From the NCBI GenBank assembly GCA_951406725.2, contig OX597820.1, positions 7,068,001-7,132,000 of the forward strand: 64,000 nucleotides of DNA. The letters run 5' to 3'. Within the stretch, counting starts at the first letter, position 1, and every line of letters begins with the position of its first letter. The translations under genes and the position numbers were made by a program. The notes beneath the pieces are model-generated. The model was not told the DNA's origin. It searched no databases and saw only the letters and a program-made list of their open reading frames with translations. This stretch comes from Octopus vulgaris. Taxonomy: Eukaryota. Below are positions 25,884 to 40,089 of the stretch, piece by piece.

Positions 25884-25934
<51 letters not shown>

Positions 25935-26234
25935 CTATGGTTGCAGATCAAACAAATATAAGGTCATCCACATATATGTATATATATATATATATACATA
26001 CATGTACGTAATGCATGCAGCCGTATACTCTCACGATTACAAGTCTCTGTGTGCGTGTATGCATTCTATACACGTATATGGGACGACTTAAGCAACTAAC
26101 ACCGAACATGTGACTGTTATCCGGTTTAGCATCTTCACCTGACAACCTGCGTACCTTTAGCAGAGTCCATGTTTTAACAAACTTTCGCGATAGTTCTACG
26201 CAAAAGAGTATTTTCTCTGTCTGTCTGTCCTCTC

Positions 26235-26285
<51 letters not shown>

Positions 26286-26867
26286 CTCTCTCTATCTCCC
26301 ATCTCTGTGCCCCTGGAAATTGTCCTGGGCTCTGCCTTGTTTCTTGATTAATAAGTATTTTTAAAAAGCTTACTGTCAGAAAAAATTTAATTACAATTTT
26401 ATCCGTCTGTAAGTCGTGATGCATTACTAAAAATTCATTCTAATCCACAATTAAAAATATAAGAAACTGTGGGCGAGAGAGAGAGAGGACTCACACACAC
26501 ATGCGCCATAGGAAAAGGTGGAATGGTCCTTTGCACACAAATGGAATGGTTGAAGTTTGTTATCCAACAGACCTTAACATAATATTAATGATTAATAGAA
26601 AAGTAAATCTCTGTATTCAACTCGATAACTTTAGAAATAATACCTGTAATTATTGGGTATTTTAGGCTGGATGTTTCTTACTACCTCATCATAAAACTTG
26701 GAAAACTGAATTTTTTTTTTATTAACTTAGAAGATGTAAAACTCTGCTGATCCCATTTATTTCTCTCCTTTCAAGTTTTCTCTGAAGGACTATATCCGAA
26801 ATTTTGGATTTTCCCACTCCTCATGGCAAACTCGATGTTCTCTTACTGCCTGTTTTTATCAATTATG

Positions 26868-26923
<56 letters not shown>

Positions 26924-27414
26924 TATATATACATACATACATACATATATATGCGTACAAACACATTCATGGATATGCATCCATGCATCTATTCATATTC
27001 GTACTTATACATACACACGTACGTACACTTACATTCATTCATATATATATATATAGACACACGCATCGATACATATATGCCTATATTACTTACATTCATA
27101 CATACACGCATACATATAATCATACACACACACACACATACATACAATCATACACACACACATACATACAATCATACACACATACATACATACATACATA
27201 CATACATACATACATACATACATACATACATACATACATCTTAGCTGCTTTCTCGTATACGAGGAAATCCTTTGCTAGAAAGAATCTTTGAAATGATTCA
27301 ATGTTGATGCAATGTGCGGCCCTTCTATAACTCTTGAACCCGGCCAAATATTTGCACATTCTATTGCATAATGCGCTGCTGTGCTAGCTGGCAGAAGGAA
27401 CCGGTACCACAGTA

Positions 27415-27845
27415 TAAACTCATTTGACAAGCCTTTTCAATCCTCCAACTGAAATGCACGTCTTTCCACAGGTTGCAAATGTTTTGTTGTGAATAATAGC
27501 CATATCACAATTTACAAGGAGTTCGATTCCTTCAGTTCTCTGATGGCTAACCAGGCCTGCATGACTTAAGCATTTCCTCCCACAAATCACACACATAAAA
27601 AGCAACACTCCCTCATTTTCTACAGGTTCATTCCTCCTAAGCCTTCTCTTGATTTTCTCATGCTTCAATTTCTCTTTTTCAAACTTCGAACAACCACTGG
27701 GTACTCTTTACTTCCATCCAGTTCAGTCTTGCGCCTCCCTCTCCTAATCAACAACTGAAACTCCTGTCTGAGTCAGAGCAATTCTGAGGCAGTCCTTGGA
27801 CTTCCTTTTGGGTTTATGTGCTGGTCTCCTACCATCTTCCAGCTT
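27415..27845 (-). mobile_element. RTE-clade LINE ORF C-terminal remnant with C2H2 finger
   Basis: GRRPAHKPKRKSKDCL and FMCVICGRKCLSHAGLVSHQRT are typical of RTE/BovB-type ORF ends; frameshifted. Confidence 0.7.
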
Positions 27846-30061
27846 AATATACATACACACAGTTTATTAGAAAGAACTGTCTCAATGTGTAAAACTTCCC
27901 AAGTGGTTAGCATTTAAATGCATATGCACATGTCTAGATATGCAACTATATACATGAAAATATATGCATAAAGACATACAAATCTGCTCGTGCACTGACT
28001 CCATATATTGCACACAATTACACAAATGTACAGAAATAACTCATTGATTTTAAAAAAAATTTCCAATGAAGGGTCTTGGTTCGAGATTACAAACCGGTTC
28101 TTTCTCCATTGGCAAGAAATTTAAAAATAAAGCTAAATAATAAAACAAGATACCGACAGAAAGACCGAGAAGTGTTAACTACATGGCGCTGAATCACTCA
28201 CGGCGCAATTCTTTTATGTAATTTGGAACCATGCCCTGAAACAATTTTGGCGTTGATAAAAAACAATTTGGTTATCTTTCAATAAATATAAAAAATATAC
28301 CATTTTTAGAGAAGATGGAATCAGTAATGAAGAATTGAAGTTAAATTAGTAATTAAGATCATAAGTGAAAGATAGACTATGAGTATGGCAGGAAATGGGA
28401 CGTCATCTACGTCATGTGTGCGGACCTATCAAGGAAACTTCTAGAATACATTTTTGTGTCGAATACAGTCTTGTACCAAATATAAGACCACGGAAATTTT
28501 CTCGATCAGTCACATGAAAGGAATTAAGATTTACTGGAATGTAGGAAATGGTTTTACACAAATCTCTTGTTCATTTATAGTAATAATTATAAATAAGCAT
28601 AACAAGTGTAAGAAGTTCGACTAGTTCACCAAAAATGATCTCATTTTCCATAACTAAGCGAGTTATATATTCCCAGGGCCACTCATCGCTTCATCAGTGC
28701 AAGACATTGATTCACAATGTCCGGTAGGTCAATAGAAAACTTACAACAGGTTACTGTTTTAGTTGGGATTTCAACGTGAGGCTCTTACATCAGAACTTAA
28801 TTGGGTCAACAGCCCTGCAGATTCTAGCCTGAAGAAAATGACTGAAATCATGGACAACAACCAAAATAACAGTTAGAAAAATAATACAAAGATGGGGCCA
28901 TCGTCATTACACGGACATGTTTATGAAGAAAGGGAAATAAAAAGACACAGCTCACTGCATGATCGAATGCTTTTATATTAAACAAGACACTCTATGAAGG
29001 AATGATTATGACAACAAAGAGAAATTTTAATGTTGAAGAACATTTAGCGGAAACTGAAGCTGCAGGCCTTTTAACATTCAATGTCCCAATGCATTGTCGT
29101 TATCGTTTGCCAATAGATGGAGGTAACAGCGATCGATAGTAAGAATGAGAACGGAAATGGATTATCTCTGTTAGAAGAAAGACTCAAGAAAACATTGCTC
29201 ATTTTGATTTTATGCTAGATGCAAAGTGAATAATGAATTAAGGAACAATCACATACGACTGTACGATAAACTATCAAAAATCTTCAGGTATTTCTGATAA
29301 GAGACGCCTCCAGGTAAAAAAATTGCCATTAAACACGAACTATAAGCGGTAGATTAAAATAATTGACATCGTAAGAAATTACAAGCACGTAGGGTTGTCA
29401 GCTAAAAGTTTGCATCACACTGGATGTCGCAATATGAAAAGCCATGCTATCTGAAGCTCTTTTCAATGATAATGATGGAGAAATTTACAGAAGAATTTGG
29501 TCAGTAAATAAAACAGCACAAACTGTGATGAAATATGGGTAAAGAAGTAACAGAATGAGTGCCGTATCTTGTTAAACTCACGATATGGTTATTGTTGTAT
29601 AGGCCGATGACAGGAAGGGTGTCTGAGACGCTGCTGATTAGATCTGTATTAAATTCTCGAAAGCTGTTCTTTAGGAAGCAAAGCAGCATCGCAGAAATCT
29701 TTTGAAGTATGACAAAGCGATACCTACGGACCAAATTCTCTGCGTGCCTTTATCCATACATATGTATACACATACAAACATACATACATATAAGCATACA
29801 AACATACATACATACACATATACATACACCAATTCATATATGCACACATATATATATACAACCCACACACAGCCACACCTACATACAATTGTGAAAAACC
29901 CTCACTTGTTAGATCTTTGAGGTTACACTGGATCAAAAGTAAAAGGAGAGAAAGTATCTCTGTGTCAGTCCATGATTATGAAGACATCTAAAACAATTAG
30001 CAAAAGTACGCTACACAATCTCAACTATCTAAATATATATATATAGCTATCTATATATCTA

Positions 30062-30106
<45 letters not shown>

Positions 30107-30130
30107 CCAGAGAGGGTACGGACGCCGCTA

Positions 30131-30285
30131 TATATATTATATGTAGAAAAATACAAACTGGGACAAGAACGTAAAACATTTAGAAGACGATACAAAAAAC
30201 ACGGACGGGACATTTGAAGCCTTCAATCTTCAGTCAAGAACCGGATCATCCTAGCAATTTCGGCTTGTCCCAGTTTGTATTTTTC

Positions 30286-30300
<15 letters not shown>
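30131..30300 (-). mobile_element. Short repeat with perfect 37-bp terminal inverted repeat (same family as 49430-49610)
   Basis: 30131-30167 is the exact reverse complement of 30264-30300; the interior matches about 49483-49600 in reverse. Confidence 0.7.
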
Positions 30301-30339
<39 letters not shown>

Positions 30340-31846
30340 GTCTGTCTGTCTCTCTTTATCTATCAACCTATCTATCTATTTATCTGTCTGTCTATCTAGC
30401 TATGCGCATGCCTACTCGCACAGGCTCACACACACACTCTCTCCTGTCTCTTTCTCACACACACACTCACACACATTGCAAAATCAATGATCCATCTACT
30501 ACTACCGAGGGAATCAGCAAACAAGATGACGGCTACAACTGATACACCCCCCACCATTTCTTTAGTTGATAAAAGGTCATGTGGTAAGCTTCAGAGCGAT
30601 GTTCTACCTTTTGTGTAAACAGAAGATAATAAACATTTATTTCTTATCTCACATTTCTCCGACGGACAAAGGGTCATTAGTGGGTGTAAACGAAGACTCG
30701 TGAGAACCGAACTCGTTTTAAAGCATAACATTTCATCTTTTCCTTTTTGTGACGTTCATTCTTCAGACAGTATGTACAACTTCTCTGCAAAGCGTAGTGT
30801 ACATCTTTTAGTTCCATTGGTGGTGCGGGGATGCAATGTATATTATGCTCCATGCTATAGGTGCGTTTTCAACTCCACTATCCTTCAGTTGAAAACGTCC
30901 CTATAGCCTGGAGCATAATAGACTAAACAACGAAAACAAAATCATATTTCACAGGGATTTTACAGACAGCTTATTCCTCATGTTAGCAAAATAAAAGCAA
31001 GTAAATTACAAAGTCTGTCCATCGATACAAATAACTTTATAGATCTGAGAGGTCAAAATACAGAGCGTTGTTATCATTCACCATCATCGCCAGTTTTGGA
31101 AAAAAATATTGATAAACAATGCCCATACACCAAATTATATAATATTTTATTTAAACGTAATATTTAAACTGTCTGGAAAGCAACTAGGCTCTTTATACTA
31201 ATAAAATTAAATCATTTCTGATAATCATAATCCATATATTATTCCTAAAAATTGAAAATTTTTCGTCCAATCTACACCACAAAAACCCTATCATACATAC
31301 GTATACATACATATACATACGTATACATACGTATACATACCATGAAAAAAAAAATTGCCGGTTATCCTTCAAAGGATTCTTAAACAATTTACATTGGGTC
31401 CGAGTACAATTTTAAGATACGGAATGAGTAAAAAGAAATATCGTCTCACGGATCACCAAAGCTATTTTATCAGGTGTGCCAATAGGGTTTCTCATGATAA
31501 TCTTTAAATTTCGAACATTCCCATTTCAAGTTATTGGCCCGACAAAATTCTATTTCTATTTTCTGGATGAAACGTATTAGGAACCGTTTGAAATAAGCGC
31601 AAACCGCAGAGGAATACCGACATGGCGTTTGCAACCGTAATATCAACGGGTAAATAATACATTCCTCTGTTAACATGGACATAGTCGTGATAATAACCTG
31701 ATATAATGGCTAGAGGCTAAGAGTGCAAACGATGTGTGTGTGTATATGTGTGTGTGTTTATATATATATATATATATACCGGAGTAAACACATAAATGTG
31801 AAACAAGGTGGAAAAAAAGAGTACTCAAATACCAGGGGTAGAGCAG

Positions 31847-31911
31847 TATGCTTTATTTAAAAGCAGCAGCAATTCAACAGTTGAATTTCTGCTGCTTTTA
31901 AATAAAGTATA
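31847..31911. repeat. Near-perfect 65-bp fold-back palindrome
   Basis: tatgctttatttaaaagcagcagcaattcaac-a-gttgaatttctgctgcttttaaataaagtata; two mismatches. Confidence 0.9.
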
Positions 31912-31912
31912 T

Positions 31913-31996
<84 letters not shown>

Positions 31997-32384
31997 GTAT
32001 ATATATATATATATGTATTATGTATGTATGTATATACATAAGGGAGGCTGACAGAGAGAGGGAGAAAGAGACAGAAAGATGGAGAGTCAAGAAGAGTCAA
32101 AATCTTTCTTTATATAATAAGTGGCGTATATAATCCATGCCATCAAGTCACATTTCTTTGCCAAGGGTCAATATCAATAACTGTTTGATATAACAATGCC
32201 TATTATTGAAGCAGATGCAATACTAAAGCAAAGAGAAGATGAGGAAGAGCTTAGATCCCTAGAGGAGCAGCAGCACTGACACACCATTTCTCTTCAGGAG
32301 ATGAACACTTAAGTTTTATTAACCATTGTTTATACACACACTCTCTCTCTCAAACACACACACACACAAACATAGATTTTTGCA

Positions 32385-32690
32385 CTTCCAGTGATGGTTG
32401 AAATCTGTAGTCTTCAAATCAGCTTTCCTCCTGGTTTTGAGAAGCCTAATTTCTCAAGACCAGTACTTAGGCACTGTGTCACATATCCCAGTGTCTCAAT
32501 AATTACAGGTATAAATCTGAACTTGTAATCTGGATAGAGCAAATGCAGATTTCTCAATAATTCAGCATAGGTATTCTCTTTTTCGCTGATCTTCAGCTTT
32601 ATGTTAACATCCACTGGGCAGATGATTTCCACAACTGTTCTGTTTCTCTTCTCTATCCAAAAGCATTATATCTGGTCTATCAGCTCTGCA
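32385..32690 (-). mobile_element. Restriction-like endonuclease (RLE) domain remnant of an R2/R4/NeSL-group non-LTR retrotransposon
   Basis: RPDIMLLDREEK followed, after a frameshift, by VEIICPVDVNIKLKISEKENTYAEL..FIPVIIETLGYV; PD-(D/E) RLE pattern. Confidence 0.75.
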
Positions 32691-32720
32691 TGTATGCATG
32701 TATGTATGTATGTATGTATG

Positions 32721-32752
<32 letters not shown>

Positions 32753-32759
32753 TGTATGC

Positions 32760-32876
<117 letters not shown>

Positions 32877-34352
32877 TGTTTCTGTATTGGCCATACAGGG
32901 CTGAACACAGAGGGGACAAAATACAAAGTAGAGCTTTTCTTTTGGAGATGAAGAAAAGAAGAAAAAATGTGGGTCGAATTCTGATCAAAAGGGATCGTGG
33001 AAAAAAAGGGGTGATCAATAGGGATCGTGTATCACAGAAATGTCAATATAAAAATGGAAAACAGATTAGGTTTATCCGTGAAAAGAATCGTCTACAGAAA
33101 AGACCACCGTAATCTCGGGCAATAATGTCATGCAAAAAAAAAACGCATTAATGTGACTCTTTTTTCCTTTTTTTTTGTTTTTGGTTCATAGGATTATGCT
33201 CAAGGTGGCTTCGTCAATCACACGTGCCATTCTTGCTACCTTCACCCATCTTTTTTTGAAACATTCACTAGACAAAACTCCCCACTCTACTCTCACCTTC
33301 CGCTTCAAATGATACACGAAGAAGTTGATGAGGGATTCACCAGGGTAGAAAGTGTTTGCCTCTAGACCTTTCAGGCGCGTCCACCATACACATTATTTCG
33401 CCATAGATACAAGTACGATGAAAATGGCTCTTCCTTCCCCTTTTTGAAGGAAGGAGGCACGACGATATTCACGATAGGTTCGGTTGATAAACTGACTCGT
33501 CCCACACTCGATAGCAGTCGTTCGATATAGGCCCACAGGTCGGAAATGGTTGGACACTGTACACGTGCGTGCAGGACGGTTTCGTCGCTCTGGCCGCATC
33601 TCGGACAGGTCAACCCCGTGTTTCTCGAGCCATGCCTGTACAGCCTATCTCGAACGAGTAGCGCTTCTCGATTGCATTGCCAGGCAAGGGAACTCGGGAA
33701 AGCGCAGCTCACAAACGGCGACCACACCTGTGCACCGACGTCTACGTAGAGTCAGAGATGTCGCAGTCTCAGCGCGTGTCTGCGCATCATCAACCACGGC
33801 ATGCCTAGCCATCCTTTTAACAGGTGTTGGCAGCAAACGGATTACCTGACCATCGGAACACATCCTTTCCACAAGAAGCGGAAGAGAATGCAGTCTAGTT
33901 TGGTGATGGTAAGGTCGGGACAAGGCACGACGGACAGGTAGTAGTAGATGACGGACGCGATATACGTGTTTTCGGGACAGCTTTCTCTCAGCCTGTTGCC
34001 GGGCGAGAGTGACCACCCTACTCGTTATCTCGGACCAAACAAGGCCCCGAGCAACTCGACCGGTCCCTCGGTCATGCGTCCCACGATGGAGGCGTTGGTG
34101 GACGGCTTCGGCTTGCTTCTCCAAGTGCCGAGCCGCAAGCCCACTGACTTTTTCCGATTGATTTTCGCTCCTGTTACCGCTTCGTAGTCTTTCAGTGTCT
34201 CGCCGACCAGCATGATGTCCACCTGGCTGGACACTATGACGGTGTCATCGTCCACGTATGCAGACACACTCGTCCTGCATCCCAATTCTCGCAGGATGCC
34301 CCTCAACGTCGCCAGCTTCCGCAGTAGCGGTTCGAGAGTCAATACGTAGACA
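32877..34352 (-). mobile_element. 5'-truncated Tx1/L1-clade LINE (reverse transcriptase C-terminus, zinc finger, 3' UTR)
   Basis: YVLTLEPLLRKL..SAYVDDDTV..YEAVTGAKINRKKS (YADD region) and CPRCGQSDETVLHARVQC. The 3' end abuts (GATA)n at 32795-32876. Confidence 0.85.
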
Positions 34353-35401
34353 GATACATATGTGTGAGTGTGTGTGTGTGTGTGTACACACCTGTCTGCA
34401 TATATATATATATATATATATATATGAATAAATGAAAGAATGGAGTCGAAAGAAGATGTTAACAAAATTCCTTTACTCTCGACATATGGCTCTTCCTTCC
34501 CCTTTTGAAGGAAGGAGGCACGACGAATTTTCCATGCTGACGATAAATATAGGATAATTCATTCACCTACTTATATATATATATATGTATATACACGCGG
34601 CCAGTTACCGCGGTATTTCTGCAGACATTATGTTTGATATGTGTTAAAAATATAAACATCAGATAGAGTAAAAAATTCGTCCCAGCGGCGGCCAACGAAA
34701 AAGCCATGTACCTTTCGGCCCTTTTGAATCTTAATTTTATTGGCGCATGGTCACACGGGATGTCGTCGCTTCCGACATGTGAACAGAATACTCTCTCTCC
34801 TAAATTTAAATGGGCGTGTTAAACATAAATGTATACACCTATGAATCGGTCGCTGCTGCTTTCTTTATTTATCTTTTGTTAATTAACTTCGCAAAACTTG
34901 GCGCACATAAGTCAACATACTATTTGCTGTTTAAATATTATATGAACAATCATTTGTGGTGCGCTATAAACGGCGAGTTTTGTGTTCATAGTCGACGAAG
35001 CGTGGTGATGCATAAAGTGCCGGCGTCCTACGGTCCGATGACGTCATACGTAGCCCGATCAGATGACTTCGCTGATATAGTGTTAGGAGAATTTTCTCCC
35101 GAGACAGTTTCGTTACTTCTGCATTGAAAGGCTTTCCCACGTCCAAGGTACACGAACGTGTTGAATGTGATGGTTCACACACACACACACGCGCGCGCGC
35201 ACACACACACACACACGCACGTGTACACAGACATGCATACACATAAACACATACACACACACACATATATATATATACATACATATACACATACATTTAT
35301 ATATACACATACATACATATATACATACACACATATATAAACACATATATATATACATACATACACACATACAGGCATACAAACATACATACATACATAC
35401 A

Positions 35402-35432
<31 letters not shown>

Positions 35433-36244
35433 GCCTCACAGTTGATGCGTCTAGCTCTGTCTATGAGAAAGTGGATGATATAGAGAATAAAACAAAGAAC
35501 GAAGAATGCGATACCAAATGAATAGTTTAAGAATTCTAGTAAATCTCTCTGTCTCTCTCTCTCTTTCTCTCTCTCTCTCTCCCAATTACTTCCAGTTCAT
35601 TTTTTGAACTGAAAAAGCACGAAGACCAAAAAAATAAATAAATAAAAAAAAAAAACTAAGCCCCCCCCCAAACATACTAACTACAAAAACTATTTGCTGT
35701 GTCAAAGGTCATCATTCTAAAGAATTTGTCACATTATTTCCAGGGTAATTTTTTGACCTCTGCTTCATGTCAAGAGGTCACTTGAAATATGATGGAATCG
35801 TTTAGCGATTCGCCAAAAGACCTTTTTGTCAATCTTAACACCTTAATGAAAGTTAGATTGTTTGGAAATATTAGTGAAAGCAGAGGTAAGGGGGGACAAG
35901 GGGGTGGTAGGGAAGGGAGAGAGAAAATGAGGGAGAGAGACAATGAGAACTAAGAGAAGGATGAAGAAATTTTGTGAATCGAAACGTGAAGAATGAGAGA
36001 TGGAAGAGAGAGAGAGAAAGAGTAAGAAGGAGAGGCGGAGAGAAAGAGAGTTGAAGGAGCTATAAAGAAATGAGAAATATCGATCTTATTGATTAATATT
36101 TGATAAATCAATAAAGCGAAGTGTTATCTTAAGAAGAAAAATTACAAACTATTTATTGCTGGCGTTTTGTTACAAATTGAAACGATGATATGAAAAAAGT
36201 AAGTGGAGTGAGAGAATATGGCGAGCGGGAGATTACGAGTGGAG

Positions 36245-36278
<34 letters not shown>

Positions 36279-37532
36279 CAAAGACAGAGGCGGAGGGGGC
36301 AGAGTGGGAGGTGGCGGGGGATGAGCATGAAACAAACAACAAGCACAAGAACAACAACAGCAATAACGATGATGATGATGATGATGCAAATAATAATAAT
36401 AATAATAATGATGCCAAGAACAAAAAGCACGAATAATGACAACAGCAACAACAATAAAGATAAACACTAAACAATAACAACGACCGCAACAACAACAACA
36501 ACAACAACAATAAGCACAACATTAACAATAATAACGACATATAAGATTCAACAACAACAACAACAACAACAACAATAATAATAAAGCTATTACGTTATTA
36601 TCACCAAACTATTAAAAGAAATTCTTCAGTAATTTTGAGATTAAAACTGAAATCTCCAATCCAACCGTGCCACCACCATTACCTCCCTGCCTCTACCACA
36701 CTCTCTCTCTCTCTTTCTCTCTGGTTATCTTTCTATTTGCTTCTCCTCTCTATATCTTTCTGTCTTTCTCTTTTCACCAATCTCTCCTCCCTCACCGATC
36801 TCCCCCCTCACATTCAGCTAGCCTCCCCTTCCTCCTTCTCTCACTCCGCTACTGTCCCTCTGTTATCTTTCCCTTTCTCCCCCACCCTCTCTACTAACTC
36901 CTTCTTCTTCCTCATACCACTCCCAGCGCTACCACAATGAAAACCACCACGACCACCACCACGGCTACTATCTCCAACACGGCCGTCACCACTACATTAC
37001 TACTAGGACACCACCGCTACAACACCCCTCACACTGTCACCACTCCTCTACCATCACCCCTTCCACCACCACCGCCACCACCCCAGTACTACCTCCTCTA
37101 CCACCACCCCTATACTACCTCCTACACAACAATTGTTTCTCTTTGACTCGCGTATTTTTGTTCAGTGTTTCGTTATTTTGTTTCTGTCCAGTTTGTCTCG
37201 CTTCAGTGAACACCACACACCCCGACCTCGGGCTTGGTTGAACTAATGAAGTCACGCTTCGTTGACTACGTCACGTGGCTATAGCAGAAGGAGGAGGAAG
37301 ATCGCATATGCTGATGAGGGTGGCAGTTTGAGGAAGAAAAACATCTGAAGATTGAAATCATTCCAATCAATCTCTCTCTCTTCCTCCCTCTCTCTCTTTA
37401 TCAACTCACACCACTCTCATGGCATCTTAAATTTTCTCCTCCCCCTCTCTCTTATTCACATTTCTTTCATCACTTCTTCGATCTCTCTGCCTCACTTTTC
37501 TTCTTGTTTACGTATCTTACTCTCCCTCCCTA

Positions 37533-37575
<43 letters not shown>

Positions 37576-37910
37576 CTATCTGTCTGTCAGTCTGTCACAT
37601 TATATACGGTGTATGTACATGTCTCATTAAAACACATACGTCTGTACATACTCTCCCTCAGATATCCTCTATTCTATTCTGACTCCATTATTCCCCCTCC
37701 CTCTCCTTACTCCCCCCTCCCCTCTCTCTCTCTCTTTCTAATATGTCACTCCTGGAGAGACAATTAGCCACTTTAGTAATTTGAACACCAAAGTTCAACA
37801 CTAAATTTTTTATTTTTGAAATTTTTTTTTTCAACTAATTTAGGAAATAATTTTCAGTTATTTTTAATATTTTCACCGTTTCTTCCTTGAAACATTAATA
37901 TGTCTTAATT

Positions 37911-37926
37911 ATGCTGCTGCTGCTGC

Positions 37927-37991
<65 letters not shown>

Positions 37992-38094
37992 GTGATGACG
38001 ATGACTTTGAAGCTGCTGCTACTGGTGCTGCCACTGCTTGTGATGATGAGCATAAAGATGATGATCGTGGTGACGACAATGGTAATGGTGATAG

Positions 38095-38126
<32 letters not shown>

Positions 38127-38190
38127 GTGATGATGATACGTCTGATGATAATAATGGTGATGAAGACGATAATGATGATGATGATGATAA
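37911..38190. repeat. (GAT)n-based degenerate trinucleotide repeat
   Basis: Directly visible. Confidence 0.9.
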
Positions 38191-38619
38191 TCTTCTTGTT
38201 GTCTTGCTCTGATCCAGTAAAATTATGTGTAAAGCCATTCCAACCGTGAGCAACCTGTCCTTTTAAGGATTTGCAGGATTATGGCAGTTTTTTGTAAATA
38301 TTTTCATTTTTGTATCTTTTAACATTTTCACATAAAAAGGGTTCGATTCAAGCCTTATTACCGACTACGACAACGACGACGTCGGGTGGTGGTGGGTGAT
38401 GGTGGTGGTGGCGGCGATGGTGGTTGTGGTGGCGATTTATGAAACCAGTAGTCAAAACTGATATCCTATACTATCGAAAATGAAGGCCATATCATATAAT
38501 ATTGAGACAGATAACGCTAAACATTTACTAGAAATCCCTTAAATATCTGCACCAACGGTACAGGGTAAGGCTTAGCAACAACAATAATCACTTTACCATA
38601 ATTGAAATGATAAATAGAT

Positions 38620-38948
38620 TGTCATTATTATCATTATTATCATTATTATTATTATTATTATTATTATTGTTGTTGTTGTTGTTGTTGTTATATTATTATT
38701 ATTATTGTTGTTATTATTGTTATTATTATTGTTGTTGTTGTTATATTATTATTATTATTATCATTATTATCATTATTATTATTATTGTTGTTATCATTAT
38801 TATTATTGTTGTTGTTGTGGTTATTATTATTATTATCATTATTATTATCATTGTTGTTATTATTATTATCATTATTATTATCGTTATTATTATTATTATT
38901 ATTATTATTATCATTGTTATTATCATTATTATTATTATTATTATTATG

Positions 38949-38986
<38 letters not shown>

Positions 38987-38990
38987 TAAT
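38620..38990. repeat. (TTA)n/(TTG)n microsatellite
   Basis: Directly visible. Confidence 0.9.
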
Positions 38991-39288
38991 TAGTTTTTGT
39001 CATAAGATCTATAAGGTTATCGACAGAGACATAAGACAAGACGGATAGTTGTAGGTGATAAAATTGTCATTTTTTAATGTTAACTACCATAAATTAATTA
39101 ATGAATGTCAAGACGTGAACCTTGTTGCAGAAATCTGGGTTGGAAGATTGCAGCCAGATACGGTCGAGATAGACATTTTAAAATTTGGCTAAAAAGAGAA
39201 TCCTCCAAGAAGTCACAGGATATTCTTACAGTACCCACACACATAGAGACGCACACAAACACACATACATACATACAAACACACAGGC

Positions 39289-39337
<49 letters not shown>

Positions 39338-39363
39338 GATACATACATACAAACACACAGTCA

Positions 39364-39405
<42 letters not shown>

Positions 39406-39433
39406 TACATACATACAAACACACAGGCATATG

Positions 39434-39469
<36 letters not shown>

Positions 39470-39472
39470 TAC

Positions 39473-39512
<40 letters not shown>

Positions 39513-40089
39513 GCAAACACATACACGCACACATGCGCTGGTCTAGATATCTTTCCAAACCTGAGATATGGAGTTACCGTTGAAGTGTTCAAGTCAGATC
39601 TCATCTAACGACATTACTTTCTCGACAATAATTTCTCGACACAAACAGTAGAAACGAGAATGAGAATAATACAAGTGAACGTTTTAAGAATGATTTGGCG
39701 TTGCATATTGGAGTTTGCTTCTGTATAACGACGTATAAATAGACAGGGATGCAACAGGTTTAAAATACATTTTAACTGTCAGCGATAGTTTGCTTCGGAC
39801 ACAAGTGGAAAGCCCTCATACACATACACACATGAACTAACTGTTCTTGCAGGTGCCGTTCACAAAGGTTTTTAAACGAAAGAACATAAGGATAAGCGTT
39901 TCCATTTTATATATAAAAAAAAATATCCAAAAGAACTCCATCCTCGATTTACTAGTTGATGATCGGAAGCGGGTAACTCTGATCCCTGGACATCACATCC
40001 TTTCAGTTACAATGCATTAAAGCATAAGTTCTCAATGTGGGTGCTACCCACCTCCCCGTTGGACGTTGAGAGGGTCTGTTATGTCTGTT

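Noticed and set aside
27420-27668. C2H2 zinc-finger ORF as a host ZNF gene
   Set aside because: Context and upstream motif fit an RTE LINE C-terminus; frameshifted, with no TGEKP linkers.
28645-28700. CTGATGA-AGCGA..TCGCT on the minus strand
   Set aside because: GAAA does not follow the stem directly and there is no helix III.
28300-29700. Long non-simple block that might be a decayed transposase
   Set aside because: No recognisable motif or termini by eye.
37311-37345. CTGATGA...GAAA
   Set aside because: No helix II or helix I pairing.
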